A stretch of DNA of 64,000 nucleotides, from positions 87,110,001 to 87,174,000 of the forward strand of contig JANJGN010000008.1 of assembly GCA_026770705.1 (NCBI GenBank), written 5' to 3'. Both the position numbers and the translations under genes were made by a program. The notes under the pieces were generated by a model. It ran no database searches and was not told the DNA's origin. It saw nothing but the letters and a program-made list of their open reading frames with translations. Shown in pieces: positions 12,567 to 26,280 of the stretch. Source of the stretch: Isurus oxyrinchus (taxonomy: Eukaryota). Each line of letters starts with the position of its first letter. The stretch's first letter is position 1.

Positions 12567-15500
12567 TAAATAATTTTGACACTTTAAATCTTAGGTTGTA
12601 TAGTCTGTAATTTTTGATTCACCTTTGTGAATTACTCGTTCAAAGTATCCAGTCTTATTCTACTTATTGGAGCTACTCTACTTATTGGAGCTGCCAGTTG
12701 CTTTGATACTTGGGTAGCATATATCAATTTTGTGCATTGTGCCTACATTTATAATGTATTTTTATCATATTAAAAGCAAAACTTTACTAACGTTTATTTG
12801 TTTCTATATTGCTTTGAGAAAGCCATTTTAGGGCATTGGAAGTGTGTTCAAACTGTATGAATGGGACAACTTCCCAATACACTGGGACTTAAATATTACT
12901 ACCATCAGAGAGATCACTGCTTTAGTGAAAATTGATGATTGGATGTGCAAGAGGAAATCAGAAATTCTAATTTAGCATCTATTTCACACTGCCCAACTAC
13001 ATCTAGATGTCCACGAAGGAACATAAGCTTTTTTGAGGATGCTGTCTGCAGGTGCAAATTAATAAAGTACTTCTTGTGTTCTTTTCTGTTGTTTATCTTC
13101 ATACTTTTCTTAGGGGCAACTGCAATTCATGTGTGCTGGGATATAATTGACTACTGTTTCTATGCGATTCCCCCAGTACCTGAAGAGACTGTTATGATTG
13201 CCAGTTCGAGTCTCTTACTGAGGTTACTCTACCTGCTTGAGCTGGGTGTTGAGGTGGATGCCACCCACTGCATTATATTCACAGATGCGACAATTCTCTG
13301 GTTATGTCTTCTGTTGCATATACAGTTGAAGGAGAGAGTAGTAGATTCTGGATATGAACAGCACACCTGATGGCATCTATGTGAATTATAAGCCTCCTGT
13401 CAATCTGATCTGCCAGCACCTGGAAACAAGAGGAGAGAGCATGTAAAGTAATGGTGGGCCTAAGTATGTGGGGTCTCCACTGCAGAGTTACTTGGAGTTG
13501 CCACATACTCCAGGGTGCAATGCTGTGTCTTTAGCCTCCTTGTACACAAACTGCATGTGGCCTCCTCCACAATACTCTTTATCTGTTCCAGGTTGATAGC
13601 CACAGTGTTCACTGATTTTATGATACAACTGTAATCATAAAATAATCTTTTTAAAACAGTTCCTGTGAGGCCTGGATCCCTTGGCTCCCAAAATGAAGGA
13701 GGATTCAATTTTACCCTTCTGACAGTAGATTCCTGCACTAATCTGTCTCCTCGAACATCATCTGTTTACCTGTTATTTGTGAATTACCTAGCGCAGCCTC
13801 ATCACTATACTCTGGGTTGAATGCATCTGAACTGGACTTAAGTTGTTGACTGAATTATGTTGCCTGTTTTGTGTCAAGTACTTGTAAGGTCTGGCGTTGT
13901 GGCCTGCTGAGATTGCGTTTGTTATCAATCTAGATAAATTAAATGAGAAGATACAGATAGATAATAGTGATTGAATTCCACGTAAAATGAATTATATTAG
14001 AATTGGCTGGTCTTGTATTTCAGTGCTGCATTGGTGAATGAGTGATAGAGTCAGAAGCCAGTCCTCACTCACTCAACAAACTCATTCAACAGCTTCTGTA
14101 CTAAGTAGAATGAGATTTAGCTGTTCAAAACAGGAAAAGCCAGGAGTTGCATGGTCCTCTGCCTGGTCAGTGCTTATCTACCATCTTGTCGTGGAAGAAG
14201 AAGCACAGGGAAAAGTTTATATTGTAAGGAAGAAATTTAGAAATAATGTGAAGACAACAGAATAAGTGATTACGTAGATTTGTGTCATGTAACTACATTG
14301 ATGAGGATGGGAAGTAAAATGCAACTTTCCAGGAAGGTGAGTGAAGTCGTTCGTACCTAATAACAGGCATTACACAGCCCAAGTGCTCATTGGTTTTACA
14401 GCTGCTGAACTGGCTTTTTGTCAAGTTCTCATCTGTGTCAGAAAATCTATCCCATGTTTACATGTATTTCTGTATTACAAGTAGAACTATCCATGGAATG
14501 GTAAATTCATGAAAATGTCAAACAATTGCGCAGCTAATCTGAAATTGCTAATTACAAAATGTAATAAAATCATTTAATGATACAAAAGTAGACTCCAATG
14601 ATATTTTCTCCACACATCATCTAGTTTGATCCCATTCTCCCACTTGTCACATGTCCCTTAATGGGCTGTAAGTTCTGATAGAGTGCAATTGAGTTAGATT
14701 GCCACTCTGTTCAAAAGTTCCTACCTCAAAATTCAAGGGATCCTATCTTGCCTGACCTTCTGACTGAGGCTGGGTGAGATTTGGGCAATGCAGCATGTCC
14801 CTGGGGCTTAGCGTTGAGGGCTGTAGAATTGCAGGTAAGTAAGCCATGCCCCCTTTTTACGGCACCAGCTGCTGTAAACCAGGGGTTGGCTCAGGCCTTG
14901 TTGGGGGGTGAGTGGGACAGTGGGTGTCAGTTTAACTTAGGCCTTGTGGGTGGGGGTGTCAGATAGGGTCAGGCCTTGGGGGTGGGGCTGTATTGGATCC
15001 AGCCTAAGGGGTGTGGATGTCGTGTCAGACCTTGGTGGGGTGTTGGGTCAGGTCTGGCCAAGGGGGGATGGGTCTCTGGACAGGTTGGGGCTTTGGTGGG
15101 AGATAGGCTTGGGGATGAGAGTTGGGTCTGGCAGCAGCAGGAGGAGGAGAAGGAAGATCGGCAGTTGGGCCTGACAGAGGGTGGTGATTCAGGCTTGATG
15201 GGGGAGTCCCGTTGGGGGTGGGGCAAATCCCATGGGTTGTGGAGTTTCCATTAGGGAGTGTGTAGACCCTTGGGGGTGGGGGGTGTACCACGGTGTGGGG
15301 AGGTGGGTTGAGTGGAAGAATCCCATGGGGGGGGTGGTGTGGTACTCGGGGTCAGTGTGGGGCTGTACAATAGTTACCCAGAAGCTGGAATTGGTTTTAA
15401 TTCTTTCAACCTTTTCTGGGTAACTATTGGTGTAACGCAGTTGGAACCATCCGAAGTTTACGATTTAAATTGTATTTTCAGATGGTTCCCAGTGCAGGAC

Positions 15501-16114
15501 ATTTGCCCATGGGAAGTTTGCAATTACCATGTGGACATTACCTGGGAACCACTGGGGGGGTATTCCCCAGCGCATCTTTGGGGTACCCCCCCAAATACTA
15601 CGCCCTGGAGCTCAGAAGTTACAGCATACTTTCCCAGTAACTATCTCTTTAACACAAGTATTTAATATCTCTGATTAAACTGTAGCTTATGGCAAAGCAT
15701 TCCCTATTCTAACCACTTTGTCATCTTAATGACCAATGGAAACAATTCAACATTATGTTCCATAGTTTAACCCTTCATAATCTGAAGAATTTTTGTGAAG
15801 TTACCCATCAACTTTTGAGCTGCAGTGAAAAAAGTCTGTCTGCTTAACTGTAATTCCTTATCCCTGAAAACATTTCAGTTAATCTACACTGTCTTCAATG
15901 AATCTACACTCCATAGGAAAGTGAAGTTGAGACCAAAACCAGATCAGTTATGATTTTATTGAATGGCGGAGCATCGTCAAAGGGCTGCGTGACCTACTCC
16001 TACTCCTAAGCCCTATGTTTCTATGACTTGCAGTATCTTTATATCCTTCCTATAAATGGGCTACTCATAACTATCTGTAACACTCCAATTGTAACTGAAC
16101 TAAAATGTTTAGTG

Positions 16115-16640
16115 CTAGCTTGGCTGGTTGGCTAAATGTTTACCTTTGAGTCAGAAGGTTGTGAATTGAAGGATTTCAAGAAAGTGATTCAGTTCTTGAT
16201 CTAGGTTTATTCAGAGTACTGATGAATTGCTGCATTGTCAGATCTACTGTCTTTCAAAAGAGATGGTAAATTAAGATCTTGTCTGCTTAGACTTAAATTA
16301 TTCTTTCAAAGAGGAGTATGGCATTCTCCTGTTGGTTTCTTGAACATTAATGCCACCACCTGCACAGATTAATGTGTCTTTAATTTACTATTGGTAATGC
16401 TTTGTGCACAGATTGACTGCCACAATCTCCGACATAACTGTGACAATACTTCAAAGGACAATACTTCAATACTTCCCCCCTCTTCACCGTCCAAGGGCCC
16501 AAATACTCCTTTCAAGTGAAGCAGCACTTCGCTTGCACTTCCCTCAACCTTAGTTTAGTCTACTGCATTCGCTGCTCTGAAGTAATTTGGGGTGTCCCTC
16601 CTGTGAACATAAAAGGCATGATATAATTGCAAATTCTTTA
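16115..16640 (+). mobile_element. Degenerate DeuSINE (SacSINE1-like) SINE, interrupted by a short Penelope GIY-YIG fragment (~16470-16577)
   Basis: tRNA-like head (…tgagtcagaaggttgtg…), Deu-domain-like core (gcattgtcagatctactgtctttc…cagattaatg…tgtgcacagattgactgcc) and tail atataattgcaaattcttt. Recognised from recalled consensus; boundaries approximate. Confidence 0.55.
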
Positions 16641-17685
16641 TTGTGTAAGTTCAACCAAGCTTCTGCGCTTTTGTATTATAAGCCTCTGTAAAATACAAAA
16701 CCAATTCCAGTGGTCTTTAAATGGTTGTGTTTATTTCCACAAATTCATTTAATAATCTTATCCATTTAATAAAACTACCATAGTTGAATCACCCACCATT
16801 AATATGCTGGAGGTCACTATTAATCAGAAATTTAACTAGACCAGCCATATAAATGCTGTACAAGATGTTAGAATCATATCTCTCAGGACTGAGCTTTTCT
16901 TTTACAAAATGGAAGGAAATGGCTAACCTGGGATTTTTTTTTAAAGAGGTCATGTTCACCTTGAGATTGTCAACAAGGCCTCTTCCAAGAAGTCACCTAT
17001 CCTATATGGTATTTGAGAAGGAGTTGTTTGTTCCGAACTGCAACTTTAATTTATGAAAGCTGGAAGACAAAAAAGCAATTACATGGCAGAGGCAAACGCT
17101 AAGTTTAAACCTGTGGTTTTGCTTTCAGTCTTGTTGGGGAACAAGCTGAGGAAGGAAGGCTACCCTAATTGGTTCCTTCTCTCTTGCCTAAAATTGTGTG
17201 TGGCTATCAACCTGTAGCCAGAGAACCTTCATTCAGGTGTAACTAGTCTGCATTTGGACCTACAAAGCTGAGACCAGTTGGTGAGAACTTCCAGACACCC
17301 ACCAGGATTAGTGGCCCGTCTTCACATGATAAAACTCCAAGTCGACAGCGTTGAGACCTTGTGGACTTTATCCTTTATTTTATAACGCCGATCCTCCAAA
17401 GCCCATCTCTGTAGAGAAACTCGATTTGTTTGTCTGTGTGTATGTGCGTGTATGTGTGCTCGTGCACTATGGGAATTCTTTAGGAAGAGATAGATAGTTA
17501 TACTTCCCAATTACAATTATGTGTTAACCAATACTTGCAACTTGTTGAGAGAATTTTTGTTTTAAAATAAATTAATCATTCTGAGTTCTTTGAAAGAAGC
17601 CTGCTCAGAGTCTCTTCTTCTGGGCACTAGAAGTATAGGTGAACAATTGGCCATTACGGTGAGAAAATTAAACATTTAAATTAAT

Positions 17686-18750
17686 GCATGATGCCACCAC
17701 CAAACACCGCCCCCCCCCCCCCCCCCCACCCCCCATCGGCATTCCGTAGGGATCGTTCCCTCTGGGACACCCTGGTCCACTCTTCCATCACTCTGTACAC
17801 CTCAACTCCCTCCCACGGCACCTTCCCATGCAACCACAGAAGGTGCAACACTTGCCCCTTTACTTACCCCTCCTCACCATCCAAGGGCCCAAACACTCCA
17901 TTCAAGTGAAGCAGCACTTCACTTGCACTTCCCTCAATTTAGTCTACTGCATTCGCTGCTCCCAATGCAGTCTCCTCTACATTGGAGAAACCAAATGCAG
18001 ACTGGGTGACCTCTTTGCGGAACACCTTGGGTCTGTCCACAAGCATGACCCAGACCTCCTTGTCGCTTGCAATTTCAACACACCACCCAGCTCTCATTCC
18101 CACATGTCTGTCCTTGGCCTGCTGCAATGTTCCAGTGAAGCTCTATGCAAACTGGAGGAACAGCACCTCATCTCCCGACTAGGCACTCTACAGCCTTCTG
18201 GACTTAATATTGAATTCAACAACTTCAGATCATGAACTCTCTCCTCCATCCCCACCCCCTTTCTGATCCCCCTTTTTCCAATAATTTATAATTTTTAATA
18301 TATTTTTTCTTTTCCCACCTACTTCCATTATTTTTAAATGTATTTCCATCCATTGTTTTATTTCTAGCTTTTAGCCCATTTTGATCCCTTCTCCCCACCC
18401 CCCCTCCACCTCACCCCCACCCCCACTAGGGCCATCTGTCACTTGCTTGCCCTGCTTGCTACCCTTAATGTCCCCCTGAACATATTCCTTAGCTAATATC
18501 ACTACCGTCAACACCCCTTTGTCCTTATGTCTATGACATCTTTGGCAATCTCATCTTTGCCTCCACCTATCACTGGCCCTCTATCCAGCTCTACCCCCCC
18601 CCCCACCTCAACCAGCTTATATTCCACCTCATCTCTATATTTCTTAGTTCTGATGAAGAGTCATACGGACTCAAAACGTTAACAATATTCCTCTCCACAG
18701 ATGCTGTCAGACCTGCTGAGTTTTTCCAGCTATTTTTATTTTTGTTTTAT
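17686..18750 (+). mobile_element. 5'-truncated Penelope-like element (GIY-YIG + 3' tail with hammerhead at 18646-18683)
   Basis: ORF 17828-18235 is GIY-YIG (LVYCIRC…LYIGETKCRLG…GLNIEF). The 3' tail matches the arms of the 2261-5467 element. Confidence 0.88.
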
Positions 18751-18854
18751 TTAAATGAACGGCATGGCCTGTGGAATAGCGGGGCTTGATAATTTGCACA
18801 CTGCTATCCTGGTCGTAAAAAAGAGCAGTTCAAGGGCTGATTATTCTGAAACAA

Positions 18855-19415
18855 GCGACTCACCTCTTGACTCCCCAAAGCTCATCCACCATGTACAAGG
18901 CACAAGTCAGGATGAAATACCCTGCACTTGCCTGGATGAGTGCAGTTCCCAAAACACTCAAGAAGCTCAACAGCATCCAGAACAAAGCAGCCTGCTTTGA
19001 TTGGCAAACCATCCACCTTTTATATTCACTCCCTCCACCACAAGTGCAATGCGGCTGCAGTCTGCACCATCTATAAAATGCACAGCAGTAGCTAGCCAAG
19101 GCTTCTTTAGCAGCAGCTCCCAAGCCCACAACCTCTATCATCTAAAAGGACAAGGGCAACAAGCGCAGATGAACATCATCATCTTTAAGTTCCTTTCCAA
19201 GTCACACACCATTCTGATTTGGAAATAGATTGTATTCTTTCATAGTTGTTGGGTCAAAATCCTGGAACTTCCACCCTATTAGCACTATGAGAATATCTTA
19301 ACCACATTAATTGAAATAGTTCAATGTGATGGCTCACCACCACTTTCTCAAGGGCAATTAAGGATGGGCAATAAATCCTTCCTTTAGCAGCGACATCTAC
19401 ATCCTGTGAATTAAT
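18855..19415 (+). mobile_element. 3' fragment of a CR1/L2-group LINE (RT C-terminus + 3' UTR)
   Basis: ORF 18867-19076 (MYKAQVR…ALAWMSAVPKTLKKLNSIQNKAA) is typical of a non-LTR RT C-terminal region. Its 3' tail is shared with the SINEs at 44945 and 58108. Confidence 0.7.
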
Positions 19416-20874
19416 TTTAAAATGTCTATTCATCTCCACAGCTAGGTCCCAATGCTTGTATATTCAGTTTGCATTCTTACATTTAAAGTCCTTTCCAACC
19501 CACTTCCAAAACATATTACTTCACATTTCTCTACATTCAACGAAGTCTACTAACTTTCTGGCCATTCTGTTAACCTATCCAAGTCCCCCTACACACCTTT
19601 ATTGTTCTCACCACAAATGCATATTTGGCAATTCAGTTTCATCCACAAGTGTCAAAATCATTCTGACCTTTCTTTAGATTATTTCATTGATATCTGTAGT
19701 CAGTAACAATAGCTGCAACACAGATATCCGTGGCATAACATTCACAATCCTTATTAAGCATTAGGGGAGGTGGTTTCATTCCACTTTGAGTCAGTTTGGT
19801 CCTTCGCAAATGGTTTATAATCATGATCTGATTTGTGCAAGCCACTTGCAGTTTCCTATTACAGAAAATATGTGGGTAGGTGGTGGTTTGGGGCAGGGGT
19901 GGGAGGGTTGGTAATGGTGGTGGAATTCTAACTCTGAAAGGTTTGGGTCAGGTGGAGTTGTCAAAGTGTTGAAAGTTTCAGTCCTAATCTCAACCTGCCC
20001 CCAAACTGCTCATTTCCAGTTTGAATGGAGGCGTGGGTGATCAATCTTTAAAGAGGCGGGTTGGCTTAAATATTATAATATGGCTGCATGCCTCATTTGG
20101 CATGATTTGAAATTTAACTCTGGCTGGCTGGGTTCCTGAACCCCGCTCCCTCTGAAGACCGTAGAATCTTCCTATCACAAAATCCCTCTGAGCTCCTCCC
20201 ATCCCCACTGAGGCCTTTGATACCCCCAGACACTAGGATTGGCCTGCCCAGACCGTGGGCTCGCATCCACTCCCCCAGATCAAACACCCTCCTGAGGATT
20301 GGCCCCCAAAACACTGGGATCAATTCCCCCAAACATTCCTACTAGGGAATAGTCCTGTGGCCTTCAGGCTGCTGTCCAATTGACCGAAGGCCAAGTCTGT
20401 CAATCAGGTTTAATTCTGGGCAGGGAAGCTGACGGTAATGTCACATGCAATCTGTTAAAACTCCACGATGTGTGGGGGAACCTCGACATTTGGGTTTCCT
20501 GTGTTGTACTGCTCCCCCCACTAACAACTCCCATTGGGTCAGCAAAGTTAAAACTCCCCTGAAGCCTGAATGCTTTGTTAAAAAGATTCTTATTCTGAGT
20601 GGCAAGTTGAATTTTAAAAAAAAATGCAACATTAATAGTGCGAAGTTAAGCTATTGAAAATTACAGTTAACCTGAATCAGATTATTGTTACTTGGATTAT
20701 ATGATTTCCAGTCTGGCTCACAGATGTTTAGTTAAGAATTTGATAATCTCCCTTCTATCATGTTTATAACATTCATGATTTCACTCCTCTCAAATTTACA
20801 AGCTTGATGGCCATTCATCAAAATGATTGGACCCTATGTTTTGGGTAATTTTTTGTATTTATTTGTTGAATTAG

Positions 20875-20983
20875 GTACACAAGGAACCAGTGAGTAATTT
20901 TTGCATGGCTGAGCAGCAGGAAATACTTGAGGAAATGATTAACTATTTGGGCACAATGTTAGAAGATATGGACCAACTATATG
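20875..20983 (+). CDS. SYCE3-like paralogue, coding exon A: (VHKEPVSNFC)MAEQQEILEEMINYLGTMLEDMDQLY + 1 nt
   Basis: Acceptor tttgttgaattag| and donor TATG|gtaaca; 109 nt, open throughout, phase-1 end like SYCE3. ATG at 20905. The hydrophobic heptad register matches SYCE3 (L..M...L..ML.DM..L). Confidence 0.72.
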
Positions 20984-22017
20984 GTAACAATGATTATATT
21001 TAACAGACAAAATGAATTATTAAATTAAATTTAAGGTACCAACTTAAATTGGATATCAAAATGTAATGGACTCAACTGATAGATTCTCATTTTAATAGAT
21101 TTTCTAGGCTTTGTTTTTTTCTCTTTTTCTATCAATGTCCACCTTTCCCTCCACCCATCCTCAAGCTGTTGATTGCAATCAGCCATATGATTGCTAGACA
21201 CCAGTTGTCTTACATTTTCTATTTTAAGTCACCACTATTCTTAAGAATATAAGATTTAGGAATAGGAGTATGTGATATGACCCTATGAGCCTGCTACACC
21301 ATTCAGTAAGATCTTAGCTGATCTTCTACCTTAACTCCATCTTCCTGCACAATCCCAGATTCCCTTAGAACCAACACATTTCTCAGTCGCTGAGCATTCA
21401 CAGCTTTTTGGAATAGAGAATTTCAAAGATTCACATCCCTTTGGGTGGAGAAATTTCTCCTCATCTCAGTCCTAATTAGATAACACCCTAACACTGTGAT
21501 CCTCTAGTTCTAGATTCCCCTGACAAGGGAAACATCCTCCCAGCGTTTATCCTGTCAAACCCTTAAGAACACAGAACATTTTTAACAAGAGGCTGCAGTT
21601 GTCTAAGGAACCTATGTTTATACATCTTGTTTTTATGAGGGTTAAGGTGTCCTGTGGCCGGTGTAAGCTGAGTTTGTTTAAAAGCATTAGCGAAGCCATT
21701 GGCAAAAGCCATAGGCTGTTCATTATGTGCTTGTGTCATTTGGGAACAGACAGCCATTAGGTTCATGCTTAGGAGATTCAAGACCTCTGAGTGGGTTGTC
21801 ATACAGTGTTCCAAGCTGCATAACTTGCAGATCAATGGCACCTTTCAGGCTCTTTTCAGTGCCTATCTACGGGATCTTTATTAGATCATTTTCTTGAAGC
21901 TCTATATGAAATAATTTTCCAGTTTTCGATTTAGTATTGATGTTTAATGGGTTATCATCATACATAATAGGGCTAAATTCTCTTGCCATTGTCTGTGCTG
22001 GCTCTGATCTGATCCTG

Positions 22018-23867
22018 AAAGCAATATATTGTGGATGCTGGAAGTCTGAAATAAAAACAGAAAATGCTGGAAAAACTTAGCAGGTCTGGCAGCATCTGTG
22101 GAGAGAGAAACAATTAATGTTTTGAGTCTATATGACTTCTTCAGAGCTAAAGAGACATAGAAATGTGATGGATTTTATACTGTTTAAGAGGGGTTGGAGC
22201 AGGTGAAGCAAGATAGAAGGTTAGCAATAGGTGTGAGCTAAGGAGAGATTGACAAAGATATCATGGACACAAGACAAAGGGAGTGTTAATGGTAGTGGTA
22301 AGGACTAAATAAGGTGCTGATACTGGCAGAATGTGTTAATAGCAGAGCAAGAGTGAGCGCTCTGTGAAAGCGCAACATAGAGACAAGTGACAGATGACAT
22401 TGGGGAGTGGCACATTGGGGGAAAAAGGATTATAAATAAGTAAGCAAGATTAAAAATAAAATTTAAAAATAAAAAAATCGATTAAAAAAGTAGAGATAGG
22501 GGAGAGTGTTCATGGTTTGAAGTTGTTGAACTCAATGTTAAGCCTAGAAGGCTGCAAAGTGCCTAATCAGAAGATGAGGTGCTGTTCCTCCAGTTTGCGT
22601 TGAATTCACTGGAACATTGCAGCAGAACAAGGATGGACATGTGGACATGAGAGCAGGCTGGTGTGTTAAAATGGCAAGCGACAGGAAGGTCTGGGTCATG
22701 CTTGCAAACTGAGCGAAGGTGTTCCACAAAGTGTTCACCTAGTCTGCATTTAGTCTCCCCAATGTAGAGGAGACCACATTGGGAGCAGCGAATACAGTAG
22801 ACCAAATTAAAGGAGGTGCAAGTGAAGCACTGCTTCGCCTGAAAGGAGTGTTTGGGGCCTTGGATGATGAGGAGGGAGGAGGTAAAGGGGCAGGTGTTGC
22901 ACCTTATGCGATTGCATGGGAAGGGAATGAGGAGCTGGGGGGGTGACAGAGGAGTGGACCAGGCTGTTAAGGAGGGAAGGGTCCTTATGGAATGCTGACT
23001 GGGGGGAGGTGCTGGTGAGGGGAAGATGTGTTTGGTGCTAGCTTTATGCTGAAGTTTGTAGGAATGACGGAGGATGATCCATTGAACGCGGAGGCTGGTG
23101 GGGTGAAAACTGAGGACAAGGGGGACTCTCTATCATGATTCTGGAAGGGAGGCAAAGGGCTGTGGGCACAGGTGTGGGAAATGGGTCAGACGTGGTTGAG
23201 GGCCCTGTTAACCACAGTGATTGGGAACCCTCGGTTAAGGTAAAAGGAAGACATGTCAGAAGCGCCGTTTAGGAAGGTGACATCATCTAAACAGATGCGA
23301 CAGAGGCGGAGGAACTGAGAGAATGGGATGGAGTCTTTACAGGAAGCAGGATGTGAGGATTTTCATTACAAGCCCACAGACTTCCACAGCCACCTTGGGT
23401 ACGGTTCCTCACACCCTGCTCAACCGTGCCCAACCCATCTTCCGCACCTCTGCCCTCACCTCTTCCCTCCCTGGTCCATATTTTAAAAAATCTTTTTTCC
23501 CCAACAACCCATCCCCACTCCCCCCAGCCCTATCTTTCACTTGTTTCTGTGTTGTGTTTTCACAGAGCACTCACCCTTGTTCTGCTATTAACACATTCTG
23601 CCACTATCAACACCTTCTTTAGTCCTTACCACTACCATTAACACTCCCTTTTTCTTGTTTCTATGACATCTTTATCAATCTCTCCTTAGCTCCCTATCCC
23701 TGACCTTCTATCTTCCTTCATTGGCTCCACCCACCTTCAACAGTATAAAATCCATTACATCTCTACCCTTTATCTCTGAAAAAGAGTCAAACGGACTCGA
23801 AACGTTAACTCTGTTTCTCCCTCCACACATGCTGCCAGACCTGCTGAATTTTTCCTGAATTTTCTGT
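22018..23867. mobile_element. Penelope-like element, inverted insertion (minus arm 22018-~23359, internally deleted plus arm ~23360-23867)
   Basis: GIY-YIG ORF remnant at 22563-22805(-). Both ends carry the PLE tail in opposite orientation. 15-bp TSD TCTGATCTGATCCTG (22003-22017) / TCTGATCTGATCTTG (23868-23882). Confidence 0.85.
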
Positions 23868-24061
23868 TCTGATCTGATCTTGTTGGACAATCACTTGATC
23901 AGGCGATCCTGCAGCTCCCCTTGGTGGTCATTTCTTAAACAAAAATTGTGACCCTGCCTCCCAACCCCCCAGCTCCTTTTTTAAATCCACCGCTGTATCC
24001 TTTCTCAAAGCTCTGTAATCAGGAATTTTGAGCTGCTATTACTGCCCTTCCTGAGCCATAC

Positions 24062-26280
24062 GAACATACAAAATAGGAGCAGAACTAAGCCATTCGGCCC
24101 CTCGAACCTGCTCTGACATTCTATTAGGTCATGGCTGATCTGTTTGTTTTTGAATTCCACATTCCCATCTGCCCCTGATAACCTTTGATTCCCTTGCCTA
24201 ACAAGAATCTATCTACCTCCGCCTTTGAAATATTCAATGACCCCCCCTCCACCGCTTTCTGAGGCAGAGTTCCAAAGTCGCAAAATCATCTGAGAGAAAA
24301 AAATTCTCCTAATCTCAGTACTTAAAGGGTGACCCCTAATTTTAAAACTGTGCCACCTAGTTCTAGACTTACCCAGAAGAGGAAACATCCTTTCCACATC
24401 CACCTTCTCGAGACCATTCAGGATCTAATATACTTCAATCAAGTTACCCATCACTCTTCTAAACAAGCCCAGTCTGTCCAACCTTTACTCATAAGACAAG
24501 CCATTCCTTCCAAGTATCAATCTAGTGAACCTCTCTGAACCGCTTCCAACATATTTATATCCTTCCTTAAAGAAGGAGACCAAAACTGCACACAGTATTG
24601 AGATGTAGTCTCACCAATGCCCTGTATAACTAAAGCACAACATCCTTACTTTAATAAAAGCAAAATACTGTGGATGCTGGAAATCTGAAAGACAGAAAAT
24701 GCTGGAGAAACTCAGCAGGTCTAGTAGCATCTGTGGCGAGAGAAACAGGGTTAAAGTTTCGAGTCCATATAACCCTTTTTCAAATCCTTACTTTTATGTT
24801 CAATTCCTCTCAAAATAAAGGATAGCATTTCATTACCCTTATTAATTACTTGCTGTACCTGCATACTAACTTTTTGTGACTCATGCACACCTAGAACACC
24901 TACATCACTTTACACCTTGGAATTCTGCAGTCATTCTCCATTTAAGTAATACTCTGCTTTTTTAATTCTTCTTGCCAAAGTGAACAACTTCACATTATCC
25001 TTCATCTCAAAATTTTTGCCCACTCACTTAACCTATCTATATCTGTCTGCATCCTCCTTATGCCCTCTTCACAACATACTTTCCTACCTATCCTTGTGTT
25101 ATCTGCAAATTTAGCCACCATGCCTTCACTCCCCTCATCTAAGTAATTGATGTAAATTGTAAAAAGTTGAGGCCCCAGCATCGAGCACTGCTGGACTCCA
25201 CTTGTCACATTTTGCCAATCAGAAAAAGACACATTTATGCATTCTCTCTGTTTTCTACCAGTCAATCAATCTTCTATCCAAGCTAATATGTTACCCCCTG
25301 CATCATGAGCTTTTATTTTCCGCAATAACCTTTGATGTGGCACCTTAGCAAATGTCCTCTGGAACTCCTAGTACAGTGCGTCATAAGGCTCCCCTTTATC
25401 CACTGCACATCTTACTCCTTCGAAGAAATCCAAAAAATTGTTTAAACATGATTTCCCTTTCACAAAACCATATTGACTCTTCCCGATTACCTTAGGTTTT
25501 CCTAAGTGCCCAGCTATAACCTCCTTAATGATCAATTCTAACACCTTCCCCACAACAGACATCAAGATAACTGGCCTGTGCTTTCCTGTTTTCTGCTGCC
25601 CTCCTTTGTTGAATAAAGGGGTAATATTTGCTAGTTTGTAGTCTGATGGAACCTTTCCAGAATCTAGCGAATTTTGGAAAATTAACACCAACTACTATCT
25701 CATTAGCCACCCCCATTAAGACCCTAGGATTAAGTCTATCAGGTTCCTGAGAGTTGTCAGCCCGCAGCTCCATCATTTTGCTTGGTATTGCTTCCCTAGT
25801 GATTGTAATTTCACCAAGTTCCTCTCTCCCTTCCACCTCCTGATTTACAGCTATTACTGGAATATTTTTTGTATGTTCTGTATCATATTTCAGTACTTTC
25901 AAGTGTATATCTGTGCCCTCAGCTCATCTACCTTATTCACTAGCATTCTTGCATTGAAGCATGTAGCATCAATCACTGCACAACATTTTTGTTTTATACT
26001 CTTTGTTTTCACAATCTTCCAAACTTGCTAATTAATTTTCTGCCTTTGATTTCTAGCTTTGTTTCTTCGTCCCTCTGAATCTACGCTCAGGTTCCTTCCT
26101 CCCTGCCAAAATAGTTATAAGTTTCCTCTACAACACAAGCAACCTCCATGATATTGGCCCCAATCCTGCTAAGGTGTACCCCATTCAGCTTGTAAAGGTT
26201 CCACCTCTCCCAATGCCCCCAGAATCTGAAACCCTCTCTCCTGCACCATCTCTCCTGCCATACATTCAGCTGCACTATCC
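24062..26280 (-). mobile_element. Degenerate CR1-clade LINE (RT and 3' UTR, ORF1 esterase-like remnant)
   Basis: ORF remnants IFQNSLDSGKVPSD…ANITPLF, QYGFVKGKSCLNN, VTSGV.Q.SMLGPQLFTIYIN, KFADNT and WCRREGFRFWGHW. Boundaries approximate. Confidence 0.85.
24656..24783 (-). mobile_element. ~128-bp Penelope 3'-tail insertion inside the CR1 LINE
   Basis: PLE tail sequence whose 5' end falls in a degenerate hammerhead core. 14-bp TSD ATCCTTACTTTAAT (24642-24655) / ATCCTTACTTTTAT (24784-24797). Confidence 0.75.

Noticed and set aside
12900-13750. ORFs 12939-13370(+), 13279-13506(-) and 13460-13738(-) as genes
   Set aside because: No splice structure or recognisable family. There is a faint resemblance to very old Gypsy gag/protease on the minus strand, too weak to call.
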